64,000 bases of DNA, taken from positions 74,586,001 to 74,650,000 of the forward strand of contig NC_092348.1 of assembly GCF_963676685.1 (NCBI RefSeq). The letters run 5' to 3'. Source of the DNA: Mytilus edulis (lineage: Eukaryota). The notes beneath the pieces are model-generated. The model saw only the letters and a program-made list of their open reading frames with translations, ran no database searches and was not told the DNA's origin. The position numbers were made by a program, and so were the translations under genes. Each line of letters opens with the position of its first letter. The stretch's first letter is position 1. Below, in pieces: positions 1 to 14,691 of this stretch.

Positions 1-900
1 AGATATTTGCACTTCTTGCCAATTTTTGTCATCTTCTTTTTGTCACTTTTGAGACAATCGTTTTTAGCTAAAGGATACTAAGCAATATAAATCAATTAAT
101 GAGTATTATTTCACATTATAAATGAGCCGTAGGGCGTATTAAAACATGAACGCACCAGAAAAGAATATCCTTTTTTAGTGTAGTCTGTAAAATAGGATGC
201 AAATCATGCAAATATTTGCAGAAAATAATTTTTTTGATGGTATATCGGTATGCCTCGTGGTGTCAGGATTGCCCAATAAGGAACTCCCTACGGTCGGGCT
301 TTCATTCGACCAATCATGTTACCCCTCGGTGTGTTATACATCAAGAACAACCTTAAAATATGCATTATCTATAACATATATTCTACAAGTCCAAATCTTT
401 TTTATACTGTCCTGCTTATCTCTCAATGAAAAAATAATTCCCCTTCAAATCATATTTATCTGTATACTTAATTGTTCGTGAAAACAGTTACATTGGGTTA
501 CTACTGCTTAAGAATTTAAAATGCACGCGATATTAAAATTTCATAAGAGACTGTTGTACTTTGAGTTGTGTGAACAAACTTAAAATGATTCAATAGTACC
601 TCAAAAGTAATATGCATTGAACAGTTTAAGATCGTTGAAAAAAATGCAACTACAATACTTTTCAAGCCATCACTCTTGTCACTTTGATGAAATAAAGTCA
701 AAGCTTTTATTTTCTTGTACCGTCTCAACATCATTTCCCAACAAGTGACTAAAGGATTGCTAACTCATCTGTAAACATAATTTAGGTTTGGATATACGGA
801 ATGTATATCTACGCCACTCTGATCTACACTTACCACGATCAATAGTGCAAAGTGTAAATGCCGCTTCAGTGATGCCAGAGGCCAAAATATAATTAAGAGC

Positions 901-1462
901 TTAAGGTGGATTATCGGTATAAGTTTCCTCAGATAGAATTTTCTTATAGTTTTCTAATACCAAATTGTAGATTTTACCAGGCTTTTTTCAGAAATATAAT
1001 AAAAAGTATGGGTCACTGTGTTATTTTTCAAGCTAGCAGTTGGGCAAAATTTTCTAAATTTGAAAAGATTATTCATGAGAAAACAATTTTTTGTGAATAA
1101 AAAGGAATCATGAATATTGAAATAAAATATGAGAAGATAGGTTTTATAAATGCTTTAAAAACTACTTATTGCTACAAGTAAAAAAGGACTAATTTCTTTA
1201 ACATTCCTACATAAACATAAATATTTGAGTTATCTCCCCTTAAATGACTTAGTTAAAAATTTGATTCAAACAAACACAAATATTTGGTATTTGATTAAAC
1301 AGTCTAAATAATGACATAAATCACTTATTTTTCTTCATTAAAATAAACAGACGGTATATTGCCAATCTGTCTCAAAATTTGCAGACTAAAGGAAAGAACT
1401 CGACTGCTTGTGTACTGCTTTTTTTAAATCCAAGATGGCGGTATACAGTTGATCTAACTTAA
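901..1462. mobile_element. Non-autonomous DNA transposon, probably Kolobok-type (TTAA-bounded)
   Basis: Left end TTAAGGTGGATTATCGGTATA; reverse complement of right end TTAAGTTAGATCAACTGTATA; no ORF inside. Confidence 0.45.
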
Positions 1463-1714
1463 ATGTCATTTTTAGGGCATCAAAAGCAAAATGACGACAG
1501 TGTGTTATCTTAATTTGGTCTAATACTCTTTTCCTCCTCACAATTTACTATTTTATAATAACTTCAGTAACAAACTTATTGACGGGTGGGGTTGGACTTA
1601 TCAACTTGACTATTTGTACAAACATAGTTTCATACATACTAAATAGATCTGTAAATAACTGTGCCAAGTCTCTATTTTTCTGAAGTTCAAAGTTTTGCAG
1701 AGAAAATAACAATG

Positions 1715-4700
1715 CACAAAATTGTGACTACGGGATCCATAGCAAGTGTCCATTTTGCTAGTGTCCAGAATTAAATTAAAAGAAAAGCGTTCTATCTTGT
1801 ATTCCAACTTGATAGTTACCACATGGTACAACCAATCTTCCTTTAGGTTGAAACCCGATGGATATGACCATGCCCCCTGTTGTCATATGGCGAAAGGAAG
1901 GTTATTTTGCATTTTCTTTGTTTTTTTATTTCTATACTTCTTAAATGAATTAGGCTGTGAAGTGTTAAGTTTACTGAAAATTATCGAAAAATACATCAAC
2001 ATAATTAATCATAGAATACATTTTTGATATGTTATACTGTTTATTTCGAACTCTAAACTGCGAAATCGGGTATATATGTCCCGTTTGCAATCCTCAACGC
2101 CGTTATACTATGACAATAAAATGATAAAACTAAAGAATACAAATCCATAGTGGGTATATGCAGTTTCTAGACTAGTTAAAGCATGTGTGTGGTTAAAGAA
2201 CACGAACGATGGTTTATATAAACTATAAAAGGACATAAATACAACAATGTATATGTTTAAATACTATAAACTGCACTGAGGTCTGAATAAAAACAACAAA
2301 ATGTATCTAACCTCCACTTTCCCGATGCCACTTCAATGTTGTCATCTAAATAACCTATGTAAAAAAACTCATCAAAGTTACCAGGCTTATAATTTGGTAC
2401 GGCAGATGCCCGTTTCGTTTACATAAAACCAATCAGTAGCGATGAAATCGAAACAGTTAGAAGACCAAATCAAAGACGATGTTGAGGAGCATTAAAAACT
2501 AAAAATTCCCAAACGTCTTTCCAAATATGGCTAAGGCAATATATTTCTGGGGATAGAAAAACATTAGTGTTTTGAACAAATATAATATTTTATAAAAGGT
2601 ATATTTAGAGGATATGAATATAACAATGATAGTTCATGTGAACACAAACGTGCTGCCGTCTGCGCTGGTGTTATTCTCGGGGACGTAACGCTCATCAGCA
2701 GGGGCATCCACTCGGCGGTTGTAAGAAATCATCAAGGATACCAGAATTGTACGGAATTCGGTATGCAAGACTCATCAGTGGCGGTTTTTTTTTCATGTCA
2801 GAATCGGAAATGTCTCAGATAGTTTGATCATGCAACTTATTTTTAAATACAATGTGATTGAAAACACTTTTCTTTCAGCGGAAACACTAATAACTTCTTT
2901 GATTTAAACACGCAACCTTTGCTTATATAGGTTGAATTGTTATAATGCTGTCAATTATTTTTTTTCTGATTGGAGATTGATTTGAAAATCCGATGTCAAG
3001 GTCAACAAATGCTTACATTGTTTAACACACTAAATGTCATTCATTATCAGATTTATATTCAGACGGACAATCTCTAACTGCGCCACAATTTAATTCAGCA
3101 ATTTCTATGTTTCCAAAGGGCATTATGTTGACGTCACTTTGAACTACATCCTTCTCATCATTAATAACTCAAAAAGAACACGCAAAGCAAGCTAAAGAAA
3201 AAGAGCCTATTTCTCCTGTATTTGTTGCACTCACATGGTCAAATTATAAAAGTTATCAAATCATATGAAAAAAAAGTTATGTCAGGAAAAAAAACTAGAG
3301 GCTCTAAAGAGCCTGTGTCGCTCACCTTGGTCTATGTGAATATTAAACAAAGGAAACAGATTGATTCATGACGAAAATGGGTTTTGGTGATGGTGATGTG
3401 TTTGTAGATCTCACTTTACTGAACATTCTTGCTGCTTACAATTAGCTCTATCTATAATACACTTCCTAGTAGTTACAGTGTCAGTGGAGAAGGTAAGTAA
3501 AAATTTACAAATTTTATGAAAATTGTTAAAAATTGACTATAAAGGGCAATAACTCCTTGCTCATTTTAAGGTCATACTTTGCTGTACATTATTGCTGTTT
3601 ACAGTTTATCTCTATCTATAATAATATTCAAGATAATAACCAAAAACGGCAAAATTTTCTTAAAATTACCATTTCAGGGACAGCAACCTAACAATGGGTT
3701 GTCCGAATCATCTGAAAATTTAAGGGCAGATAGATCTTGACCTGATTAACAATTTTACCCCATGTCAGATTGCTCTAAATGCTTTGGTTTTTGAGATGCC
3801 AAAAACTGCATTTTACCCCCATGTTCTATTTTTAGCCATGGCGGCCATCTTGGTTGGTTGGCCAGGTCACCGGACACTTTTTCAACAAGATACCACAATG
3901 ATGATTGTGGCCAAGTTTGGTTTAATTTGGCCTAGTAGTTTCAGAGGTGAAGATTTTTGTAAAAGATAACTAAGATTTACGAAAAATGGTTAAAAATTGA
4001 CTATAAAGGGCAATAACACCTAAAGAGGTCAACAGACCATTTTGGTCCTGTTGACTTATTTGTAGATCTTACTTTGCTGAACATTTTTGCTGTTTACAGT
4101 TTATCTCTTTCTATAATAATATTCAAGATAATAACCAAAAACGGCAAAATTTCCTTAAAATTACCAATTCAGGGGCAGCAACCTATCAACGGGCTGTCCG
4201 ATTCATCTCAAAATTGCAGGGCAAATACATCTTGACCTAATGAACAATTTTATCCCATGTCAGATTTGCTCTTTTGAGTGATAAGCCAAAAACTGCATTT
4301 TACCCCTATGTTCTTTTTTTTAGCCATGGCGGCCATCTTGGTTGGTTGGGCGGGTCACAATTTTAAAACTAGATACCCTAATAATGATTTTGGCCATGTT
4401 GGGTTAAATTTGGCCTAGCAGTTTCAGAGGAGAAGATTTTTGTAAAAGTTAACGACGACGGACGACAGATGACGGACGACGGACGACGACGACGGACGAC
4501 GGACGCCAAGAGATGAGAAAAGCTCACTTGGCCTTTCGGGCCAGGTGAGCTAAAAAGCAGAAAATTGTGACTACGGAATCCATTCCAAGTGTCCAAAATT
4601 GAAAGGAAAGCATTCTGTCTGGTATTCGAACTTGAGAGTAAACACACCGTACAACCGATCCTTATTTAGGTTGAAGCCGGACGGATACAAACATGCCCCA

Positions 4701-6125
4701 CTGTTGGCATGAGGCACTATGAAGGTTATTTTGCCTTTTCTTTTCATTTCTATACTTTTTGAATGAAATGGGCTGTGAAATGTTTTAGTTTACTGAGAGA
4801 ATTAAAAACAAATATTTCGACACGTCTTGTCAAATATTGCTACGGCAATATATGCCTGGGGTTAGAAAACCCTTAGTGTTTCGAACAATTTAACATTGTA
4901 TAAACAGTAAATATACAGAAAATTAACATATCAATGAAAGTTCATGTTAACAAAAAAAAGTGTTGCCTTCTGCGCTGATATTTTCAGGGACGAAGGATTC
5001 ACCCGCAGTGGCATCGGCTCAGTGGTTGTAAAGAACTCCAAGTCGGATTAGGGAATGTTTCAGACAGTTAGATCATGCAACTTCTAATTTACTATTTTTT
5101 CTAAAACAAAATGTGATTAAAAACACCCTCATGTCAGCGGAAACGATAATAATTTCTTTGATTTAAACACGCAACCTCCTTTATAGGTTGATTTATTATA
5201 ATGTTTTTCAATTGTTTTCATGTTTTCGAAAACCCAGTCAAGGTCATCAAATGCTTCAGGATAAGTCTAATAGATTTGTAAAATATTAATAATCCCAATG
5301 ATTCTTAAGGTATAAAACCTCTAATTCATAGCCACATTGCTTTCTATGTTAAATTCTGCAATTTCAAGCATTTATAAAATTGAGAATGGAAATGGGGAAT
5401 GTGCCAAAGAGACAACCCGACCATAGAAAAAAAACAACAGCAGAAGGTCACCAACAGGTTATGGCTACTTTATCTTAAGTTCAAATAAAGTGGCAGTTAT
5501 GTCATGTCAAAACTGTACCTTATCCTGACTTGTGCTAAAAGAATCAATATACCTTTAATTGCATATTAGAGCGTACTGGTTCCCCAAAGTTGGATAGTAC
5601 AAAAACCGGAACTTCTGATCTGAACAACAGGCCAAATGTGCTCTTCTATTAACATTTTATATACTTCTTTATTATTCAAGTTAAACTTTCAACAAGGATT
5701 CTGCAGTGATCTCAAGCCCCCAAGCTTTCATTTGATACAAAAACTACCCAAATATTCCCACTATTAATCAAGATACAGCTATATATGCGTAGGAATTATT
5801 TTGTTTAAAATATGTACTACTTTCTTGTATGTTCTTTCCGACCGGGCCTGAATTAGTGGTTCTATACCTTAAAGGTACATATATTTAATACACGACACTA
5901 CAATATAAAATTAATATTCAAACAGACGGACGGATCAAACTATCCCACAATTGAATACAGCCATTTCTATATTTCAGAATGGCATGATGTTGAAGTGACA
6001 TTGATCTACATCCTTCTTATAATTAATAAATCACAAAGTACATACAAAGCAACCGACAGAAGGAGGGTCTATTTCTCCTATATTTGTTTCACTAACATGG
6101 TCAAAATCTAAAAATTGCCAAATCA
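1715..6125. repeat. Old local tandem segmental duplication (about 1715-3270 vs 4560-6125); block about 480-830 also recurs at about 6620-6990
   Basis: Colinear diverged blocks, e.g. aaaattgtgactacgggatcc (about 1718) vs aaaattgtgactacggaatcc (about 4562), and gatttaaacacgcaacct in both copies. Confidence 0.7.
3294..4556 (+). mobile_element. Non-autonomous Helentron-like (HINE-type) element with internal tandem repeats
   Basis: About two internal ~480-bp repeat units, a (GACG/GAC)n microsatellite at 4453-4505, and a 3' hairpin agctcacttggcctttcgggccaggtgagct followed by an A-run. Confidence 0.7.
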
Positions 6126-7280
6126 TACTGGAAATTAAATATTAGAGTCTAAATGATATTATATAATATAATTTAAATATCTCCTTAAAATCAATATGCT
6201 ATTCAGTGCTATATATTGCTGTTGAAGACATTTTTGGAAATTACAAAGATTTGGGAAATGTTGTTACGAAAGTTGTCGATAACCAAAACGAAATTAATTC
6301 GTTACCGAAAGACAATAATACATAGCTTTATTTTCGATAGAATTTTTGTTTTGGTTAACGATGTCCTTATACATTTTGAGACATATAGTCAAAATTTTCC
6401 TGATGCTAAAAGGACGTTTTAGAGGTTATGAACATGTCATTTTTGCTTGTGTATGTTTTGATTCCTAGTTAAGTTTAAAAAGCATAATTTATTCTTCGAG
6501 TCCGAATCTTTTTTTGAATGTCGTGGTTATCTCTCTACAAAAAATTAATCCCGCTTCCAATCAGCCTTATCTGCATATCCTATTATGCGATAAAATTAGT
6601 TCGTTGAGTTATAATTGTTTAAGGGGTTGAATGCACGCGATCAGATCATGCACGATATTGTACAAATTGACAAATTAAAAGTACACTGTGACAAGCGACA
6701 TGACTGTTGTACATTGAGTGCTGTGAAAAACTTATCTGACATCTTCATAGTACCTCAAGAGTCAAAAGTAATATGCATTTAAGATCGTTCAATATTGCAA
6801 AATAAAAATGTGCAAGCCATCACTCTAATCATTTTAATAAAATAAAGTCTAGCCTTTCTTGTACTGTGTCACCACCGTTTCCCTATGGTTCCATTGATAG
6901 AAATTCGCAGCAGGTGAATAAAGGAATGTCAACTCATCTGTAAACAGAATGTGCGTTTGGATATGCGGATTGTACAGCTATGCTAAACCACAATCCCGGT
7001 TGACAAAGTGTAATCGAGGGGAAGTTATATATAAGTTCTGGATATTAAAGACAAATGTCAAATATTTATACTGTTGGTTTTACGTATGAAGATTCAAAAG
7101 CAAAATGGCCATATTCTTATTTTGGTTTTTGTTTTTAAGTTTATCATTAAACATATCATATTGCTTAATTTACATTATGAAAAGAATCTACCAGGAGTTA
7201 TTCAAACTTAAAAACAAGGTCATCTTCAGTAAATAAATAAACATTATAATGCGGACCTTATAATGCACATGCATCAGTTA

Positions 7281-7750
7281 AATAAACTCATCATAGATAC
7301 CAGGATTCAAATGTTGCACGCCAGACGCGCGTTTTGTCTACAAAGTACTCATCAGTGACGCTCGAATCAAAAAATTTAAAAGGTCATATAAAAGTTTAAA
7401 GTTGGAGAGCACTGAGGACACAAAATTCCTGAAGGTTTTGTCAAATAAAAATAAGGTAATCTATTTCTGGGGTAGTTTTATAAACAGTTAATTTATAATT
7501 GACCATATTAATGATAATTCATGGAGTTACTCTCGGGACGAAAAGTCCACCAGCAGTGGCTTAATAGATAGTGTAATGAAATACATGTATTGTAAAATCA
7601 AAAATAAATAAAGAAATGAACAATCATAAATTATTTGGTAACGGATTGTTGGTCCTCTATGCTCTTCAATTTCGTACTTAATTTGGTCTTTTAACTTTTT
7701 TTAATCGAGCGTCACTGATTAGTCTTTTTTTGACGAAACACGCGCCTGGT
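7281..7750. repeat. Two inverted copies of an interspersed host repeat (another copy near 2365-2540)
   Basis: ccagacgcgcgttttgtctacaaagtactcatcagtgacgctcgaatc on + (7321) and a diverged reverse-complement copy at about 7640-7750. Confidence 0.6.
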
Positions 7751-8329
7751 TTCTATGCTGAGCGTTTATACTGCACAATGGAGTTTTCTTATAAATTTTA
7801 AAGTACATTTCAGAAAGAAAGAAAAAAGGCAACAAAAGGATGAAGATCAAACAGAGAGAAAGAAAAAGACCTATGGACCAATTCCTGTCAAAACGCTTTG
7901 TTTGTTTAGTGTACAATTGAACTGAATGGAAAGTTGGTTTATTGAATGTTCTTCCTACAACAGGATCATAAAAAAAATTATATATTTTTACTGGGTTTTT
8001 TTTTTTTTGTCTTTTCGTCTTTTTTTTTATTTAGACGGAGCATTATCATTTTTTTATTTAGACGGAGCATTATCATTAACTTTTTTTTTTTTATTTAGAC
8101 GGAGCATTATCATTAACTTTTTATTACCCCTTGACATTTTCTTAATTCATTGTTATACATCAACTTGTTAACTGATTAATTTAATGATTCTACTTACTCT
8201 GATCAAATGAAAATTATTCATAATCTTAAAAGTTTCATCCAACGTATGTTTAAATGTCATATAATAAAAACTTAGCTTTGAATAAAACTTGAATGTTACT
8301 ATCTGTTGCATGTCGAAAGACTACAAATT

Positions 8330-8828
8330 TAAACAAAAAACACAGTAGCAAAGAAACAAAAGCAAAAAAATAACAAGAGCAACATCTAGAAATAAAAAAC
8401 ACAGGAGTTTGAAACTTTTAAAAATAAAAAAAACAGGAGCAACTTTTAGAAATAAAAAACACAGGAGCAACTTTTGGAAATAAAAACAAAAACAGGAGCA
8501 ACTTTTAGAAATAAAAAACACAGGAGCAACTTTTGAAAAAAAACAGGAACAACTTTTAGAAATAAAAAACACAGTAGCAACTTTTGGAAATAAAAACAAA
8601 ATCAGGAGCAACTTTTAGAAATAAAAAAAAAACAGGAGCAACTTTTAGAAATAAAAAATAACAGGAGCAACTTTTAGAAATAAAAAACACAGGAGCAACT
8701 TTTGGAAATAAAAACAAAAACAGGAGCAACTTTTAGAAAAAAAACAAAACAGGAGCAACTTTAAGAAATAAAAAATAACAGGAGCAACTTTTAGAAATAA
8801 AAAATAACAGGAGCAACTTTTAGAAATA
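8330..8828. repeat. Minisatellite, ~29-bp unit (aggagcaacttttagaaataaaaaacac)
   Basis: Direct tandem copies; one further unit after the inserted element, at about 9105. Confidence 0.9.
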
Positions 8829-9101
8829 AACAAGAATGCCCCACTCGCACTATCATTTTCGATGTTCAATGGACCGTGACATTGAGGTAAAAACTCTAAT
8901 TTGGCATTAAAATTAGAAAGATCATAGGGAACATGTGTACTAAGTTTGAAGTCGATTGGACTTCGAATTCATCAAAAACTACCTTGACCAAAAACTTTAA
9001 CCTGAAGCGGGACAGACAGATGGACGGACGGACGGTACGACGATTGAACGGACGCACAAACCAGAAAACATAATGCCCCTCTACTATCGTGGGGCATAAA
9101 A
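8829..9101 (+). mobile_element. Short Helentron-like non-autonomous element inserted in the minisatellite
   Basis: AACAAGAATG start, (GACG)n tract, 3' hairpin atgcccct...ggggcat; same family lies on the - strand at 58095-58541. Confidence 0.7.
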
Positions 9102-9360
9102 TATAGGAGCAACTTTTATGTCTAAAAGTGACATCAATTCAGTTTGTTATATTCACTTCGCACAAGGACTTGTATAGTGACACTATAGCTACACAAATCC
9201 TTGCTTCGCATTATCCTCAAGAGTGGGTATCTTTTCTCGCTTGCTACGAACGTCCGGAGTGACAGCTATGTGTATCCGGCGGCCATGGCTACGCTTGCCA
9301 CGGTGACGGCGTAAACTTAGACATGCACTCCATATCTATTATATTCCATAATATGATTAT

Positions 9361-9827
9361 TTAAAGGTCATTAGCTGAGATTTCGACAATCATAATAGTA
9401 TGATTAATATGTGTTTCAAACATTAATAAAAGTGGCTGGGTTCAATTTTGTTGGAAAAAAAAACTCAAAATATCGCTTATATATTATTGTTTTGTAAGAC
9501 AAAAATTCGACTTCATTTGAGTAAGTTTGCATGGAAACTTTAATCTGACTCTTTGGCAGGAAATGGATTTAGCACATTCATTCAATAAATCACATGATCA
9601 TCCACAGTTTTCTGAAGACATATCGATGATGAATTAGATGACGTCGTGTCCTAAAATACGTAAGAAATGCTGATACTTTATCACGATTTAATGCATTAAT
9701 TGTTTAATGTTTGAATAGAGCTTTTGTAATTCTAATAAATATTTTAGTATGTAATAAATAAGATTAAAGATTTTCAGTCTATTCGTAGGTAGTGAATTCG
9801 AATTGGAACCTAGTAATTACCCTTTAA
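9361..9827. mobile_element. TTAA-bounded non-autonomous element (Kolobok-like)
   Basis: TTAAAGGTCATTAG ... TAGTAATTACCCTTTAA imperfect TIR. Confidence 0.45.
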
Positions 9828-10113
9828 CTACATTTGTAGTATGCAAACGCATAAATGCTTTCAATATACTTCTAAACCGTATATTTTGTTTACTCAGACT
9901 TAATAGATCTATAATAAAGACACCGCACATATGATGATTACAAATTAAACAGTAAAATTTAAAAATGCTTTATTAGAATTGAGTAAGCTCAATGAAACTG
10001 AAAAGATTTTTTATTTTATTTCTGTGAATATCTAAAAGTTATTAGTTATAAAGTAACAACCTTTGAACAATAAATTTCACATTCTAACCACGAAAATAGA
10101 AAACTATTCACAA

Positions 10114-10317
10114 TATTGTAAATTCAGAAATTATTGCATGCATATATTATTACGATGTTTTAAGAATGATCGATATGCGAGATAAATTATTGCGATTTTA
10201 GGAATATCTGCATACAGAAATATGCATTCAGAATCCGAGTTCTTTTTATTGCGATACTCACCCAGTCGCATTATTCGCATTAATAAAAACCTTGCAATAA
10301 TTTCTGTATTTACAGTA
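10114..10317. mobile_element. MITE with ~25-bp TIR and TA ends
   Basis: tattgtaaattcagaaattattgca ... tgcaataatttctgtatttacagta. Confidence 0.7.
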
Positions 10318-11574
10318 ATCCCTTCAATGGATATAGCAGCATATATTGAAAATGAGCAATGGTGTCCGGGACAAAACAATATCAGTGAAAACAAGACATT
10401 ATATCTATAGATAAAATGAGTGGTTGTGTTTACGTAAATAAGACAGCACTAGCAACCCAACAATACAAAAACCAAAAGACCTTTAGAGATCTTAGAGGTC
10501 AACACACGATCCTCACCAATACAAAGAAGGATGTACACTTTTTTAAGCTCCAAATCAATTAATGTCTAACAAAATTTTGAATAATAAACTTAACAGCGAC
10601 TTTCAAACAGGCAGATTTCTTCTTCGTTAGAATCGTTCCCCAAATTAATATAAATTAGAAAATGTGGCATTCAACACATCGAACATTAAGCTATAAAGGG
10701 CCCAAAAATGACTAGTGTAAAACAATTCAAACAGAAAAGCCAACGATCTAATATATATATGAAAAACGAGAAACACATATGAACCACACCAACAAACGAT
10801 AATCACTGAACAACAGGCTCCTGGCTTAGGACAGGTGCATATATAGAAATTCAACGGGTTTAAACCTAATGGTTAATTTGCTATTAAGCAAATAAGAAAA
10901 GGCAAGCATTTTAGAGAAAATACAAGTCAACCCTTGATACCATGAGCGACTTTTGTATTCTTCGTTCGGATACCATTGTAATAATCTTTGCTCTATAATC
11001 CAAAGTTCATTCTCTAGTTAGATAACCGTCTCGTACAAATCCGTTCACATTTAATAATCATTCACATATTTTAGTGCGAGATTCTTGTAGGTAGACAATG
11101 TCTTTAAACACTCCGTCTCGTACAAATCCGTTCACATTAAATAATCATTCACATATGTTAGTGCGAGATTCTCATGGGTAGACACTCCGTAGTAGTAACC
11201 GTTTTGATGTTTTATTTTTAGGATCCCAGCTGCTATTATTGTTCATTAATAAGCTGGTTAACCATGCTAAATGTGGTAGACTGATACTTGCTTTAAACGT
11301 CTGAATGAATGGTAACTAAATAATGACGGTATACCCTCTGATTAAGTAGTCATAAGTATAGACACAATCCCTAAATCATTAACATCATGGCTGCAAAAGC
11401 TTTGCTTAAATGACACTTAGTGTCATGTGCACATGTTTGTTTTTGGTATAGGTACTATTCATCACACTGCTATAAACGTAAGTAATAATTATAGCTATTT
11501 CATCTAAGGTGTAGGCGAATTATCCGAGAGAAAATTAATACAATTGAATAAAAAAAGGAATAAGGACAACATAT

Positions 11575-11805
11575 AAATAAGAAGATGTGGTATGAGTGTC
11601 AATGAGACAACATTCCATCAAAATGTATAAAAAGTAAACATTTATAGCTTAAAGTACATCCTCCAACACGGAGCCTCGGCTCACCCATGACAGCAAGCTA
11701 TAAAGTGCCCCAAAATGACCAGTGTAAATCAATTCAAACAGGAAAACCAACGGTCTAAGCTATATGAAAAACGAGAAACACTTATCAACCATACCAACAA
11801 ACGCC
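11575..11805 (+). repeat. Abundant host interspersed repeat (SINE/MITE-like); related copies near 10690, 48990(-), 52285, 58705 and 61575
   Basis: Shared head aagatgtggtatga(g/t)tg(c/t)caatgagacaac and body cttcaaca...cagctataaa...ccccaaaatgac. Confidence 0.75.
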
Positions 11806-14299
11806 AAGCTTTGTTTCGGTTAACCGTATTCCCTTTCTCTCAAATATTTTGTCTTTATAACATGGGCATTTTTATTTGATCTGAGTGTTTTAAACAGCTA
11901 CGTAATTGAAATATGTTCTGTTTATATCATCATAGAGCAAGCAAGCGCAGGTTTAATAGAAACAGGCGTGGTGAAAGTCTTGACCTTGATATGGAATTCA
12001 TTTTTATTTATTGCAAGAGAATGAAGTTACCTTGTACTATGGGTAAAGTGACCATTCACTTACTGGACATTTGTGGCAGTAAATGTTACACTTATGAAGG
12101 AGATATCACGGATAACCGTTGGCTCCCGAATAGTTTTAGACCACACCCAATCGATTAATATTTGTTTGAAACTATGGAATAGTTATAGTAATAAACTTAT
12201 TACATATAGTCATATGAGTTTATTTTGAATACAGCCTATATAAGATAAGATAAGATAAGATCAATTTTATTTTCCAAATTAGGTCCCCAGGGGGGCATAT
12301 ACACTTAACATATATAATTGATACAACATATATAAACGTTGTAAACCACTTTTTTTACTTTTTGAAAGATTTCAAAACAAATATTCTACGAATTTGTACG
12401 TATCAACTTTATATACTAGTATAGTTAACTTTGCTTAGTAAGATAGTTATTGAATAACTGTGTGCACCACGGGTTAGTCTGCTTAAAAATGTGCCATTTT
12501 CTAAAAAATAATTCTTTTTTCTTAAGTTACAAATTAAGAATAGTATGGCTACTTAATCCATTTTAAATGTCCAAACCCAAAAGGAAAGTTAGCTGTCTGG
12601 TATCTAAACTTTAGATTTCAGAGTAGAAGAAGGCATTTCGTGTTGAATTTGACCATACAAAATTGTTATCAAGATCTCGATAATGTTTTATTATGACTTT
12701 AAGAGCCAACGTATTATTAATCAAAAAGGATATATATATACCTTACTTCCTTACAAAAAAGTTTCCAAAAAAAATGATCTAATCTGACATTGGTTTTTGC
12801 CTTTTCTTATTCATCTTCTCTGTTTTGGCCAGGGTGTTGTTGGTTCTTCCGTGAAGTATGATTTAATTGCACTAAACAACGGTTTCATAGAAAACTGGTT
12901 AACCAAAAGTACACTGACAATTCTATATAATTGCTTGGATAAAATGTGAATTATTCATAAGCATAATCATTTAATCCTATGCATGCTTAAATGTCAGAAT
13001 AAGAAAACCGAATAAAAATCTTAAATCTTATTATCGATTGCATGTAGAATATCTGGAACAACTTTATGACTCAAATGGAAATATGTGTTTTGGAATTACT
13101 TTGATCCATCTTTACCCTTCAAAGAAGACCAATTTATTATTGTGAATAAAAAATATGTGTGAAAAAAAGTGCCTATTTATACGAGACAGCAATCACTAGT
13201 ACAACTTAAATTTGATAATGTGTCTATCAATTAAAGGACCTGTATAAAATGCATCAAGGAGACAGCAACCCAACAAAGCAAAATATTTTTTTTTAAATCT
13301 TGAGGGTCATGATTTAATACACAATTAATTATTTCCCGAATTTTCCATTCCATTGCTATAGTTTGTTTCGAGTGAAGTGAGGACGGCGTAAAAAGTTCCA
13401 CCGTGTATAGGTTGTATACACTCATGGTTTTACAGTAATGGCGTAACTGTTCCCTTATGGCCTTTCTTTTAATTTCTGTACAGTAAAAAAAAATCCCTTT
13501 TTCAATTATCTTGAAGTAGAATCATTACGTATGAGCGTGAATGTCTCTTAATAAAAGTGATGTCAATTGTCCTAAGTTATAAAAAGTTGATAATATTTTA
13601 AACAGAAATAAACAAATAACTAGAACCAACATTCAAGTTCTCAATATAAAGAACGTCAGAATGTTTGGGATTAACCATGATTTTTCTGGCAAACGGGAGA
13701 TAATTCAACTTGGTATGTGTATCTGAACAACATGATGAGTGCAACATTATAGGTCTTTAAATTCTCCCTCGCCCTGCTCGTCCGAGTTTTAAGTATTTCT
13801 ACTCTAAATTCAGTAGGCTTTAAACCAGAAAAACACAGAAATAGGATTAGTTGCTCTCAGTAACATATTATTTTCTCTTACGATATTATATTTTATTTTA
13901 CTTTGTACAGATTTCTTCGATTCAAACAGCATACATGTATACATACATGTAACAAACATAGCAGCAACTGTATATAAACTAATGTATATGTAGCTGGGTA
14001 GGTGTTGTTTAATTTTGATTTTTCCATGTAATGTTTTGTGGACATTGTGGTCTTTTCTTTTCGCTTTTTTTTTCATTTTTTGTAATGGCGTTGTCAAGTT
14101 TCTCTTCGACTTGTGAGTTTTGAAGTTCCCCTTGGTGTCTTCCGCCACTTGTTTACAAACATGTTATTTGCACGATAGTGTCATACTTTTCTTTCGTATG
14201 ATGCATAAGAAAAATATTTACATTTCATTCTGCAGTGATGACTGTTGACCGTACACGATGATGCATGCAAGTGGCGTTGTTTGTAGTTGGAACATTTTT

Positions 14300-14354
14300 A
14301 GTAGTATATATTGTGTGGCAGCAGCAAATATTTTTGCCACGTTGACAAAAATTT
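14300..14354 (+). repeat. Left TIR (55 bp perfect; degenerate similarity continues to about 14780)
   Basis: agtagtatatattgtgtggcagcagcaaatatttttgccacgttgacaaaaattt equals the reverse complement of 42152-42206. Confidence 0.95.
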
Positions 14355-14691
14355 TGCCCCCGTCAGCAAAAATTGCATAATATATTTGTTGGATAATATC
14401 AAAATATTGATTTTTAATTTGTAAAATATAAAAGAATGTTTTTATTTTTTTTTTCACTGCATTAAACAATTTTAATGCATTACCAATCAATTTAACATTG
14501 TTGATATGCTGGATATGGAAGTAGTAAAAGTAAATTGAACATTTAAAAAAAATTTTCATTTCATTAAACAATTTAACGCATTACCAATCATTTAAATTGT
14601 TGATATGCTGGATATGGAAGTAGTAAAAGGAACATTTAAAACAATTTGAGAGCTTTAATTTGATAAAAGTTTAATTGGTAAATATAATAAT

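Noticed and set aside
8321-8869. Hydrophobic repetitive ORFs
   Set aside because: Translation of a minisatellite
197-14148. Short ORFs in the left flank
   Set aside because: No recognisable motifs, mostly within interspersed repeats, and lengths expected by chance in AT-rich DNA
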